Shown one piece after another: positions 18,719 through 27,500 of a stretch of DNA of 44,879 nt. Position 1 is the first letter of the stretch. The number at the start of each line of letters is the position of its first letter. Below the pieces are notes generated by a model, which saw nothing but the letters and a program-made list of their open reading frames with translations, had not been told where the DNA came from and ran no database searches. Both the position numbers and the translations under genes were made by a program. Source of the DNA: Candidatus Gastranaerophilales bacterium (lineage in GTDB: Bacteria > Cyanobacteriota > Vampirovibrionia > Gastranaerophilales > Gastranaerophilaceae); assembly GCA_021205645.1 (NCBI GenBank), contig JAJPXE010000114.1, forward strand, positions 1 to 44,879, read 5' to 3'.

Positions 18719-19807
18719 ATGTCTAAATTTATGAGTTTTGATGCTTCTGTCCGTAATGTGTTCAAGGACGATGAGGCTAATTATAAGGACTTCCAAAAGC
18801 TGATGCGGGATGCCGCCAACAAGAATGTTGAGGGCTATTCCGAGAAGGAAGCGAATGAGAAGATTTCTGCCATTTTCCTGAAGGTGATTGGCTGCGATAA
18901 GAACTCCAGCCGCAGGGAGATTCGTAAGGCTATTCGCCGCAATCAGGTTGCTATTTATGACCTGCTTGAGGAGACGATTGACGACCTGCTGGTGAGCGGT
19001 TGGGATGACGACCCGTTTATGCGTGAGTGGGTTGAGGTTCGTAACCTGGCACTGGGAGATAAGAATGAATTTTATGTAGAGGATTCTTCTGTGTTGTCTG
19101 TTATGCGTGTCAGCGGCAACCACCACGATATAATTCGTCAGCGTCTTGGCCGTGGGAAGGCGTTCACTGTCGAGACTTCCTGGCTGGCTATTAAGGTTTA
19201 TGCCGAGTATGAGCGTATTGCCACTGGCATCGAGTCCATGGCGCAGTTCTCTATTAAGATTACTGAGGCTTTTAATCAGTATCTTAATCAGGCAATCTAT
19301 GATGCTCTGATGGAGGTTGGCGAGACGCTTGGCACCCAATTCTATAAAACGAGTGCGCTGGACGATACTACCAAGGAAACTCTGCGTACTCTGTGCATGG
19401 ATGTCTCTATCGCCACTGGTCAACCGGTTGCCATTCTTGGCACTCGTGTTGCTCTTGGTTCTGTATTTGACCTTACTGGTGTTGATTGGTTTAGCAATGA
19501 CATGAAGAATGAGATGTACACCACTGGGAAGATGGCGTATTTCGAAGGAATCCCCCTCGTGGAAATTAAACAGGGCTTCAAGAAGAATGATACCACCCAG
19601 TATCTGATTAGCAATACTACGCTTTTCATTATGCCGATTAGTGCCGAGAAGATGATTAAGTTGGTCTATGAGGGCGATACTCAGATGTATACGATTCACG
19701 ACCCTGATACAAATGTTGACCTTACAGAAAGCACGGAAGTTTTGGAGAAAATTGGCATTGGAATTGTTACCAATCAAAAGTTCGGAATTTGGGAAATTGT
19801 TGCCTAA
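18719..19807 (+). CDS. major capsid protein (by position and codon bias)
   Basis: 362 aa. AAAGGAGGAAAC SD. Codon usage is biased enough that the antisense frame stays open over the whole gene. Position matches a capsid gene. Confidence 0.6.
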   Translation: MSKFMSFDASVRNVFKDDEANYKDFQKLMRDAANKNVEGYSEKEANEKISAIFLKVIGCDKNSSRREIRKAIRRNQVAIYDLLEETIDDLLVSGWDDDPFMREWVEVRNLALGDKNEFYVEDSSVLSVMRVSGNHHDIIRQRLGRGKAFTVETSWLAIKVYAEYERIATGIESMAQFSIKITEAFNQYLNQAIYDALMEVGETLGTQFYKTSALDDTTKETLRTLCMDVSIATGQPVAILGTRVALGSVFDLTGVDWFSNDMKNEMYTTGKMAYFEGIPLVEIKQGFKKNDTTQYLISNTTLFIMPISAEKMIKLVYEGDTQMYTIHDPDTNVDLTESTEVLEKIGIGIVTNQKFGIWEIVA

Positions 19808-19850
19808 TTTTAGAGCTTTTTAAGCTATTTTAACATAAGGAGACGTTATT

Positions 19851-20039
19851 ATGAAGTTGTATGTTTGTAGAGGAAAGCGGCAAGCCAATTATTTTTTGGA
19901 CTATGGCTGCAAACTAATTCGTATTGATTGTGACAAGACAGCAAAGGGGTATCTTGTCTTTATCTTTCACTGGAATGGCGCACTTGATGCTGCGTTAAAG
20001 TCATGGGAGACAGATAAAGACACCTATTTGATTTCTTGA
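19851..20039 (+). CDS. DUF5659-like small protein (paralogue 3 of 4)
   Basis: QANYFLDYGCKLIRIDCDKTAKGYLVFIFHWNGALDAAL. AAGGAGA SD. Confidence 0.5.
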   Translation: MKLYVCRGKRQANYFLDYGCKLIRIDCDKTAKGYLVFIFHWNGALDAALKSWETDKDTYLIS

Positions 20040-20059
20040 GTTTGAAGGAGGATAAAGTT

Positions 20060-20869
20060 ATGGGAGAAGTTTGTAACATTCTTCATGAATCTGGAATCTA
20101 TTCAATTGAGTGTTTGATAAACGGTAAAAAGTACATCGGACAATCGATAGATATGAAGAAAAGAGTCATACAGCATAGATGCGATTTAAGACGACATGAC
20201 CATATGAACGAAGATTTACAGTCGGATTGGGATGAGTATGGGGAAGGAAATTTTAGTTTTGACGTATTGGAAAAATGTGAAATTTCTGAATTGGATAATA
20301 AAGAACGATTTTATATTGGTTGTTGCAAATCAAATCTTATTGAGTTTGGATATAATATTGAGGCTGGTGGAATTTGCCCTGGCCCAATGTGCGACAGAAC
20401 AAAAGAGAAACAGTCAAAAGTACAGACTGGAAAAGTCCGTACAGATGAGACAAGAAAGCGCCTTTCTGAATCTCATTTAGGAGAGAAAAATTCTATGTAT
20501 GGGAAGCATCATACAGACGAAACAAAAAAGAAAATCTCTGAAAATCGTCGTCCAGTGCGAGGCAAAGACTATCCTAATTATGGTAAGCATTTTTCTGAGG
20601 AGACGAGGGCTAAACTTAGTGCTTCTCATATTGGAAAAAACACTGGAGCAAGCCATCCTCGTCATCATTCTATCTATTGCCCAGAGTTGGATGAGTATTT
20701 TGATACAATTACTGCGGCGACACGGAAATATGGAGTTTCTGATGCACATATCAGTAGCTGCTTGTCTGGAACAAGAAAATCCGCTGGCAAACATCCCATA
20801 ACTGGAGAAAAATTACATTGGCTTGACGCCAAAACTGGTACAAACAATTTGCAACAACTTGAAAATTGA
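20060..20869 (+). CDS. free-standing GIY-YIG homing endonuclease (I-TevI-like, with NUMOD3 repeats)
   Basis: GIYSIECLINGKKYIGQS...R...H catalytic motifs. Repeated ETRKRLSESHLGEKN, DETKKKISENRR and EETRAKLSASHIGKN units. C-terminal HTH-like region. GAAGGAGGA SD. Confidence 0.85.
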   Translation: MGEVCNILHESGIYSIECLINGKKYIGQSIDMKKRVIQHRCDLRRHDHMNEDLQSDWDEYGEGNFSFDVLEKCEISELDNKERFYIGCCKSNLIEFGYNIEAGGICPGPMCDRTKEKQSKVQTGKVRTDETRKRLSESHLGEKNSMYGKHHTDETKKKISENRRPVRGKDYPNYGKHFSEETRAKLSASHIGKNTGASHPRHHSIYCPELDEYFDTITAATRKYGVSDAHISSCLSGTRKSAGKHPITGEKLHWLDAKTGTNNLQQLEN

Positions 20870-20888
20870 TTAAAAGGAGTAAAAAGAA

Positions 20889-21470
20889 ATGCCTAGAGCA
20901 AAGAAAGTTGATACAGAAACCGCAGAGATTGTAGAGGGAACCGCAACTGTAACTACGACTCCTGCCATCGTGGAGTCTACTCCCGTTGTGGAGAAGCCCG
21001 CCGCTAAGAAGACTCGCCGTAAGTTTGCACAGGATGACCCTATTCTGTGTCGTTCAGTGACATATGGGGAGCTTTTGCTTCCTGGTAAGAAGTCCAAGCT
21101 GCTTTACACTTTCGCCAATTACGGAGACACGACTGAGGTTGAGTTCCAGGATTTGCAGGCGCTTCGTAGCACAAAATCCAAATATCTCAATATGCCGTAT
21201 TTTGTAATTGAAGATGAGGAACTGTTGGAGCAGTGGCCTGAGATGAAGGCTATTCACGACAAGGCGGCATTGGTTGACATTAACGCTATTTTCAAGATGC
21301 CTGTCGCGCAGATGAAGAAGCGCCTGAAGGAGCTTCCGGCTGGTATGCGTGAGACGGTAAAGAATATGGCGTCTGAGAAGATTCAGAACGGCAGCCTTGA
21401 CAGTATTGCGAAAATTAACGCAATTGATGAAATCTACAATACGAATCTGAAATTCTATATCAACAATTAA
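20889..21470 (+). CDS. hypothetical protein (193 aa)
   Basis: AAAAGGAG SD. Low-complexity T/V/P/A-rich N-terminus. No motif. Confidence 0.5.
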   Translation: MPRAKKVDTETAEIVEGTATVTTTPAIVESTPVVEKPAAKKTRRKFAQDDPILCRSVTYGELLLPGKKSKLLYTFANYGDTTEVEFQDLQALRSTKSKYLNMPYFVIEDEELLEQWPEMKAIHDKAALVDINAIFKMPVAQMKKRLKELPAGMRETVKNMASEKIQNGSLDSIAKINAIDEIYNTNLKFYINN

Positions 21471-21488
21471 TATAGGGGAGCTGGTTAA

Positions 21489-21796
21489 ATGGCAACACCC
21501 TACACTACTGTATACAACCGGTTCCTTCAAAAATGTACAGATTTTAATCTCGCAGAAACGGATGACAACGCCTTAAATGAGATGTTGTTTTCGTGGATGC
21601 AGAGTGCGATAGTCAACACACGCCCTTGCCAGCATGATTTATCTGACAGGGATGATGAGATAATGGAATTTACCGATACCTTGTCTGACCTTGAGATAGA
21701 GATTCTGGCAATGGGCATGGTTGACGCTTGGCTTGACCAATATTTGAACTCTACCGAAAATGTACTGCAATTCATTGGCGGCAAAGAGGAAAAATT
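21489..21796 (+). CDS. head-tail connector/adaptor-like protein, exon 1
   Basis: N-terminus TVYNRFLQKCTDFNLAE...LSDLEIEILAMGMVDAWLDQYLNSTENVLQFIGGKEEK resembles phage head-tail adaptor proteins. The ORF then reads into intron-like sequence. Confidence 0.5.
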
Positions 21797-22144
21797 AAGA
21801 AGATTAGTTCGTTGCATACGGAAACGGTGCAATGTATTTCTTCGGATAAGCTGGGAACTCCTGAGAGCCACAACGCTACAGCGGAAAGATGAAAAATGTT
21901 TATATGCGACAGCCTGAAAAGTTTGTGGATTGGACAATCAGCCGGGAAGCGGCGAATAGCTGCGCCCTCAACGACTAGAGCTGTGATGCTCGTAGGGGCA
22001 AGTGCCTCGAAGTGAAGAACTCCTAAGTTTTGTGCTGATGTATGGCACAAAATATGGTGAATGATATAGTCTATGCTTACATGAAAGTGTGAGAAAGGGT
22101 GTGAATAAACACTACCCCTTGCGCGGATTAACGCCCCGCGTGAG
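21797..22144 (+). mobile_element. group I intron (ORF-less) in connector gene
   Basis: GGACAATCAGCCGGGAAGC segment. R-like CTCAACGACTAGAG (GACTA 21973-21977). S-like TGATATAGTCTATG (TAGTC 22067-22071). Proposed P1 is AATT/GATT with U at 21796 and omega-G at 22144. Length 348 nt keeps the frame. Boundaries approximate. Confidence 0.6.
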
Positions 22145-22274
22145 TAATATTACAGATTACAGTCAAGCTAATCACCTCGCAGAGCTGCGAGAGTTAAAAA
22201 ATGAAAACTTGAGAAGAATGAACCGTTTGCATAACTATTATACTTACACTAATAGTTCATATTTTAGTAGTTAG
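22145..22274 (+). CDS. head-tail connector/adaptor-like protein, exon 2
   Basis: Same frame as exon 1. The junction would read ...GGKEEKF|NITDYSQANHLAELRELKNENLRRMN. No SD or start of its own. Confidence 0.5.
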
Positions 22275-22286
22275 GCGGTGCTTTAA

Positions 22287-22595
22287 ATGTATTTTAAATA
22301 CGGCGAAGTATCGTCTAAGCAGATAAAACAAGAGAAAGATTATTTTCAATCAGCAATTTTTAAACTTTTGCCGTACAAACAGGAAAAATACGAATACCTG
22401 GACGGATATTTTGAGTCGCTGCTGCAAAGGCTGGGCGGCTTTAATACTTTATCGGGGAATCAGCCCGTAGTTGTAACCATTATGAGTTTGCTGGAGTTTG
22501 CAAGGACAGAGAACGACTTTGTGAAGTATCGCAAGGCTGTTCTTGATGCCTGTGGGCTTGTGCAGCAGATACAGGATGGTGATTCCTATGTATGA
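22287..22595 (+). CDS. hypothetical neck-module protein (102 aa)
   Basis: ATG after TAGGCGGTG. ATGTATGA overlap with the next gene. Confidence 0.5.
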   Translation: MYFKYGEVSSKQIKQEKDYFQSAIFKLLPYKQEKYEYLDGYFESLLQRLGGFNTLSGNQPVVVTIMSLLEFARTENDFVKYRKAVLDACGLVQQIQDGDSYV

Positions 22596-23685
22596 TTCTT
22601 TTAGAAACAGAATGCACACTTACGGGAAAACTGATGGTATGGCGAGAGTAAGGCAATCTGAGTTGATTATGGACGCCAGTTTTACTCGTGATACTGCCTG
22701 CAAGAAGGTATATGTTAAATGGGTAGAGAGCGGGCTTCCAGAAATTGACAAGAGTATTGATAAACCTGTTGACGCTAAATTCAATCCAAAATCGTATCAC
22801 ACAATTACAGGAGACGAAGTTGCCTATCTGCTTCAGTTCAGGAAGAAGGATTTGCTGACAAACGACCAGATTAAGGTTGGCTCATATGTATATATCCCGA
22901 ATGAATTTGGGCAATGGGAATGGTGGCTTATTGCACATTATGATGATAGGTCACAGTTTAGGCAGTTTTCAATTTTGAAGTGTTTGTGGACTTATAAATG
23001 GGTGAGCGAGGTTGAGGGGAATCGTGTGATTCATACTTGCCTGGGCGCACCGAGAAAACAAAATAGTTATAATAGCGGCGTGTGGTATGACACTTACACC
23101 CAAACCACCGAGAATCAGGACGTTGCCTGGTTTCCGACGAATAACGATACGATAACGCTTATGTATGATACACGATTTTTAAAATCCGACCCTAGGAGGG
23201 CACAGCCTATCTCATGGTCAGTAACCAAATTGGAAGATGCTGTTCCTGCTGGTTTAACTAAAGTAACTCTGGCACAAGATGCCTATGACGAGGCAAAGGA
23301 TAACGCAGAGCTTATGATTGCGAATTATTATGCAAATGTTACTACTCCCGTAGACAAGGCTATGCCAAAGAAAGAGATTGCAATTGTATGCAAGGGAACC
23401 CGTGCCGTAAGCGCTGGCGGCGGCTATAAGCAGTTTACTGCCGAAGTATATTCAGATGGTGAATTGATTGATGTGGCCCAAGAGGGCGTTGAAGTTCAAT
23501 GGGTTGTATCGTTCCCAGAAGGGGATGAAACCAAATTCGAGTGTATAGCAGACGGAGACACATTATCAATTAAATGCCTCCCCTATTACGCTTTGATTGG
23601 CAGCACATTTACTATCACTGCCACAGCCACAGTTGATGGCGTAGAGGCTACAGATACGATAACAGTGGAGGTGACTGGAACATGA
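22588..23685 (+). CDS. structural protein with C-terminal Ig-like (Big_2-type) domain
   Basis: C-terminus YKQFTAEVYSDGELI...VQWVVS...DTLSIKC...GSTFTITATATVDGVEATDTITVEV is a typical bacterial Ig-like fold pattern. Start 22588 is coupled to the previous stop. Confidence 0.55.
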   Translation: MYDSFRNRMHTYGKTDGMARVRQSELIMDASFTRDTACKKVYVKWVESGLPEIDKSIDKPVDAKFNPKSYHTITGDEVAYLLQFRKKDLLTNDQIKVGSYVYIPNEFGQWEWWLIAHYDDRSQFRQFSILKCLWTYKWVSEVEGNRVIHTCLGAPRKQNSYNSGVWYDTYTQTTENQDVAWFPTNNDTITLMYDTRFLKSDPRRAQPISWSVTKLEDAVPAGLTKVTLAQDAYDEAKDNAELMIANYYANVTTPVDKAMPKKEIAIVCKGTRAVSAGGGYKQFTAEVYSDGELIDVAQEGVEVQWVVSFPEGDETKFECIADGDTLSIKCLPYYALIGSTFTITATATVDGVEATDTITVEVTGT

Positions 23686-24203
23686 TACGAGATATTCAAA
23701 AAGTTGACGATGACATTATCACTATGAAACGCAAAATCAAGCAGATTCTATTGGCAGACCCCGATTTAATTGAGGCACTGAATAATCCTAATCTTGATGT
23801 TAATAGCCCCGATGAATATTTTAACACGAACATATTCTCGTTTATCCGTATTCCGGGCACCCAGGAAACCGTCAGGAATTTTGTCTGTTATGCAGTCAAT
23901 GATATTGAGGCTTCCGAGGCAAACTCTGTTATCAAAACACAATACATACAATTTACAGTCATCTGTCATTTATATGATATGAAAACGCAATACGGGATTG
24001 ATAGGCATGATTTATTGGCGTATATCATTAGAGATTTGTTTAACTGGACAAATGTTTTTGGACTACAATTTAAGTTGATTACGAATAAGGAGCAAATTTT
24101 TGATTCTGACTTTTATGGCCGCACACTCCAATTTGAAGCCTTGACGCCAAACTCTTTACAGAGAGGACGGGGCGACAACCTCCATGACTTTTGGGGTAGA
24201 TGA
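23682..24203 (+). CDS. hypothetical neck/tail-completion protein (173 aa)
   Basis: ATGA overlap with the upstream gene. Function is from position only. Confidence 0.45.
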   Translation: MIRDIQKVDDDIITMKRKIKQILLADPDLIEALNNPNLDVNSPDEYFNTNIFSFIRIPGTQETVRNFVCYAVNDIEASEANSVIKTQYIQFTVICHLYDMKTQYGIDRHDLLAYIIRDLFNWTNVFGLQFKLITNKEQIFDSDFYGRTLQFEALTPNSLQRGRGDNLHDFWGR

Positions 24204-24909
24204 GCTTCAATTATACTTTGGAGACGACTATAAAATCAATGACCATATTACAATTCATCAGCCGACAGTTGGAGAAATTGTGGCTTTTGGAGAGCAGCGA
24301 TATTTTGGCATTGTCCATGCTATCACCTGTATTCCAAGTGATATGAAATCGCGGTTGGATGATTTGGGCATTGACTGGACAAAAATTAGTGACTATGAAT
24401 TGTTTCTAATGATTGCGCCAACGCTTAAACCAGAGGATACATCAATTTTGTTTGGAGATTTGGATTTTACGAAATTGAAGCAATACATCAATCAGCAGAA
24501 CAACAAAATTGTTCTTGCCGATATGGAGACGGGTTTAATTGTTGATGAAATGATATATTTGAGGATTGTAGATTACCTCCGAAAGGTGCATGGCATAAAA
24601 CCGAAGGTGGAGCGCTATGCGAATAAAATTACCAAGAAGGTTTTAATTGAGGAGGAAAGAACAAAACTCATGTATGCGGCCAAAGAGCCGTTTAAATCAT
24701 ATCTGCTTCCAATGATTTCATGCGTTAAGGTGCGCATGGGATATACCAAGGACTACATTCGGAACGAGGGGTATTATGAATTTAATAATGACCTGCAAAG
24801 GCTGTGTGTGATTATAAATACAGACCAGTTAATGGCCGGATGTTATGCTGGAACAGTAGATATGAAGAAAATCAATAAAAAAGAATTGAATTGGATGAGA
24901 GAGCTGTAG
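24184..24909 (+). CDS. hypothetical tail-module protein (241 aa)
   Basis: Overlaps the upstream gene and is followed by a terminator. Confidence 0.45.
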   Translation: MTFGVDELQLYFGDDYKINDHITIHQPTVGEIVAFGEQRYFGIVHAITCIPSDMKSRLDDLGIDWTKISDYELFLMIAPTLKPEDTSILFGDLDFTKLKQYINQQNNKIVLADMETGLIVDEMIYLRIVDYLRKVHGIKPKVERYANKITKKVLIEEERTKLMYAAKEPFKSYLLPMISCVKVRMGYTKDYIRNEGYYEFNNDLQRLCVIINTDQLMAGCYAGTVDMKKINKKELNWMREL

Positions 24910-24930
24910 CCGCTGGCGCAGCTCTTTTTA
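24900..24930 (+). terminator. rho-independent terminator
   Basis: AGAGCTG / CAGCTCT stem, 12-nt loop, then TTTTTA. Confidence 0.55.
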
Positions 24931-24963
24931 TAATATTATGAAATTTTTTTTGGAGGGAATAAT

Positions 24964-25779
24964 ATGGCTTTTACGCTTAATAATTTCCTGGTTGATAGAA
25001 TTGTGCGCGGTGTGGGTATCTCCCAGACCACCAATAAAGTCCTGTTCGCTATCAACCAGATTCAGAATGCGTCTCTGACTTGTTCTTCTGAGTCCACCGA
25101 CGCTGTTGATGCGCTGGGCACTGTCATTGCGACCTTCTATCGTGCTAAGTCTGCCGAGTTTAGTGCCGAGAATGCTATTTTCGACCTTGACCTGATGGCT
25201 ACTCAGCTTGGCACTACTAAGAAAGTCGCGTCCAGTGACTCTACTATTACTGTCCCCGCTATGGAAATTGTTACCCTGACGGATGGGCAGACCACTTATA
25301 CTCTGCTGCATACTCCTACCGAGGCTCCTACTGCTATTTATGCTCTGAATGGCGACAGCACCTTTGGCATCGAGTACACCTCTGCGACTGCCGCCTCTGA
25401 TACGGAGTTCGCCTATGCTGATGGCGTCATTACTCTGCCCACGAATCTGGCCGCTGGCACTCAGATTTTCGTGATGTACGATTATGCGTCCACTGCTGCT
25501 GTTGAGGTTGTCGATTATGCGACTGAGTTCCCCAGCACCTGCAAGTTTGTGCTTCAGGTTCTGGGCTGTGATGTGTGCGACCAGGAGAACCTGGTGTATG
25601 CGTACATCATCTTCAATAACTTCAAGATTAGTCCTGATTTTGACTGGAGCATTGCCACAGACGGTACTCATCCGTTCAGCGGCATGGCACAGCAGGACTA
25701 CTGCGACACAGAGAAGCGGTTATTCTCTATCGTTATCCCCGGCGACGAGGAAGACGAAGACGAGGAAGCAGCCGGTTAA
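24964..25779 (+). CDS. major tail (tube) protein (by position and codon bias)
   Basis: GGAGGGAATAATATG start. Strongly biased codons (antisense frame open). Acidic tail DEEDEDEE. Sits upstream of the chaperone-like and TMP genes. Confidence 0.5.
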   Translation: MAFTLNNFLVDRIVRGVGISQTTNKVLFAINQIQNASLTCSSESTDAVDALGTVIATFYRAKSAEFSAENAIFDLDLMATQLGTTKKVASSDSTITVPAMEIVTLTDGQTTYTLLHTPTEAPTAIYALNGDSTFGIEYTSATAASDTEFAYADGVITLPTNLAAGTQIFVMYDYASTAAVEVVDYATEFPSTCKFVLQVLGCDVCDQENLVYAYIIFNNFKISPDFDWSIATDGTHPFSGMAQQDYCDTEKRLFSIVIPGDEEDEDEEAAG

Positions 25780-25795
25780 TTGAGCTGATTCTTTG

Positions 25796-25821
25796 GGGGA
25801 GGCGGGGTGACTCGCCTCCCC
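25796..25821 (+). terminator. GC-rich hairpin after the major tail gene (no clear U-tract)
   Basis: GGGGAGGCG / CGCCTCCCC stem with an 8-nt loop. Lacks a T-run, so it could be an attenuator or a stabiliser. Confidence 0.35.
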
Positions 25822-25845
25822 TACTTCAAAGGAATGACTTAAATA

Positions 25846-26109
25846 GTGGCAAATAGAAGTCGAATATGTGCAGTTTGTGGGGTAAAGTATAAATACTGCC
25901 CTACTTGCCAGAGAGATATTGGTAAGCCTACATGGATGCAGCAGTTTCATTCAGAGAACTGCAAGAACATCTTTAAAATTTGCACAGATTATAATCTGAA
26001 GAAAATCTCAAAGAAAGAAGCACAGGAGCAATTGTCAAGTTGTGATTTAACAAACCGAGACAATTTTGCGCCATATGTCCAACGGGACTTAAAAGAAATT
26101 TTGGGATGA
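25846..26109 (+). CDS. small zinc-ribbon protein (87 aa)
   Basis: GTG start. CAVCG...CPTC plus HSENC. Confidence 0.45.
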   Translation: MANRSRICAVCGVKYKYCPTCQRDIGKPTWMQQFHSENCKNIFKICTDYNLKKISKKEAQEQLSSCDLTNRDNFAPYVQRDLKEILG

Positions 26110-26138
26110 ACATAAAGCGAAAAGTTAGAAAACAATAC

Positions 26139-26175
26139 TAAACACTTGAGCTTTATTGCCAGGTGTTTATTTTTA
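26139..26175 (+). terminator. rho-independent terminator
   Basis: TAAACACTT / AGGTGTTTA stem followed by TTTTT. Confidence 0.55.
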
Positions 26176-26198
26176 CGAATAAAGGAGTAAAAAGGAAT

Positions 26199-26420
26199 AT
26201 GGTAAAGTCAGTTATTACAGGCAAAGAGTATGACCCCAGCAGGGCTATTTATATTACATCTCCCGTGCAAGCGCAGAAATATTTGGCGCGGTTGGGCACC
26301 GAGTTCTTCTTGGATATGCTGTATACAGGAACAAAGCGCCCAGACTCGTTGGTTTTTGTGTTTGAGCGTTGCCCTGAAACAAGGGATGCAAAGGCGTTAT
26401 GGGATAAGCACGAGCTTTAA
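26199..26420 (+). CDS. DUF5659-like small protein (paralogue 4 of 4)
   Basis: ATG after AAAGGAGTAAAAAGGA. VQAQKYLARLGTEFFLDMLYTGTKRPDSLVFVFERCPE. Confidence 0.5.
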   Translation: MVKSVITGKEYDPSRAIYITSPVQAQKYLARLGTEFFLDMLYTGTKRPDSLVFVFERCPETRDAKALWDKHEL

Positions 26421-26438
26421 TTCTAGGAGGCGCGTGTT

Positions 26439-26915
26439 TTGAGAACTTTGGCGTTAGATGCAAGCACACGTTGCACCGGATGGAGCGTCATGGAAGATGG
26501 TAAATTAACGCTTTTCGGGAAAATAGATGAACGCAGCTCAAAGGATGGGCTGGAAGAACGAACGGGCCGCATGACGCATCAGATAACAGAATTGATTCAA
26601 AGGTATGCGCCAGACAAGATTTATTTAGAAGATACAGCAAAAATGGCAAATATGTCAACTTATAAAGACCTATGCTGGCTGGCTGGGGGCATACGCTATT
26701 ATTGCTATGAGCATAGATATACCCTGGAGATGATTATGCCTGCCGCGTGGCGCAAATATGTACATATTCAAGAGAATGGTGTAAAAAGAGCAGAACTGAA
26801 AAGACGTGCAATTGAGTTGTGTAAAGAGCAATTTGGAGTAGAGGCTTCCGAGGATGAGTCGGAAGCTATTTTAATTAACTTGGCTATGTACTACAGGGAC
26901 GATGTTTGGACTTGA
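26439..26915 (+). CDS. RuvC-like Holliday-junction resolvase
   Basis: LALDASTRCTGWSV (catalytic Asp), IYLEDT (Glu) and EDESEAILINLAMY (Asp/Glu) in RuvC order. TTG start 9 nt after AGGAGG. Confidence 0.75.
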   Translation: MRTLALDASTRCTGWSVMEDGKLTLFGKIDERSSKDGLEERTGRMTHQITELIQRYAPDKIYLEDTAKMANMSTYKDLCWLAGGIRYYCYEHRYTLEMIMPAAWRKYVHIQENGVKRAELKRRAIELCKEQFGVEASEDESEAILINLAMYYRDDVWT

Positions 26916-26953
26916 CGGTGTATGGCCGCACAAATGAAGGAGTGAATTTTCAC

Positions 26954-27484
26954 ATGAAGGTAGAAGGATTGTTAAAGTTGATGTCCGATAAGAAATTTTT
27001 GGACTTAACTGAGGAACAACAACAGGAAATGCTGCGGAAGCGTTTGGAGGTTCCGCAGTATTTAAGCATCAAGGAGAAGCGCAGCGTAGTAAAAGAGATT
27101 TTGGATGCTGCCAGCGAGACTGAGCATGGAGTGGCAAAGGTAGATGGAATTAAGAAGTATATTTACTTGATTATGTATTCTATCAATGCTTACACGAATC
27201 TTGAGCTGTCGGATGATATTGAGAGTGATTATGATGCGTTATGCTCTGCTGGCGTTCTTGCGAGAGTGATTGATTTGTTTGACAGTGAGTATCAATCAGT
27301 GATGGCGTTACTGCAACTGGAGCAGGAAACCAGAGAGCAGGACGACAAGATTGAGCTTCAGGTCGCAAGGTTAATGGGGCAAGCCACAGATGTAATTACT
27401 GAATTGAGTGACATTATGGGCAAGCTTCATATTACGCCAGAAAATGTTGACCAGATTGACAACATTATTCAAATGCTCAAGTGA
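26954..27484 (+). CDS. acidic helical protein; candidate tail assembly chaperone (by position)
   Basis: Lies upstream of the TMP gene and is acidic and helical. Start uncertain (ATG 26954 or TTG 26906). Confidence 0.35.
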   Translation: MKVEGLLKLMSDKKFLDLTEEQQQEMLRKRLEVPQYLSIKEKRSVVKEILDAASETEHGVAKVDGIKKYIYLIMYSINAYTNLELSDDIESDYDALCSAGVLARVIDLFDSEYQSVMALLQLEQETREQDDKIELQVARLMGQATDVITELSDIMGKLHITPENVDQIDNIIQMLK

Positions 27485-27500
27485 GTGGGAATGATGCGAT

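Noticed and set aside
18689-19777. 362-aa minus-strand ORF exactly mirroring the major capsid gene
   Set aside because: It is a shadow ORF. It is antisense to a strongly codon-biased + strand gene, has no SD, and its translation is low-complexity (N/L/I/R-rich).
24928-25671. 247-aa minus-strand ORF antisense to the major tail gene
   Set aside because: Same shadow-ORF situation. There is no SD and the + strand gene has far better start signals and context.
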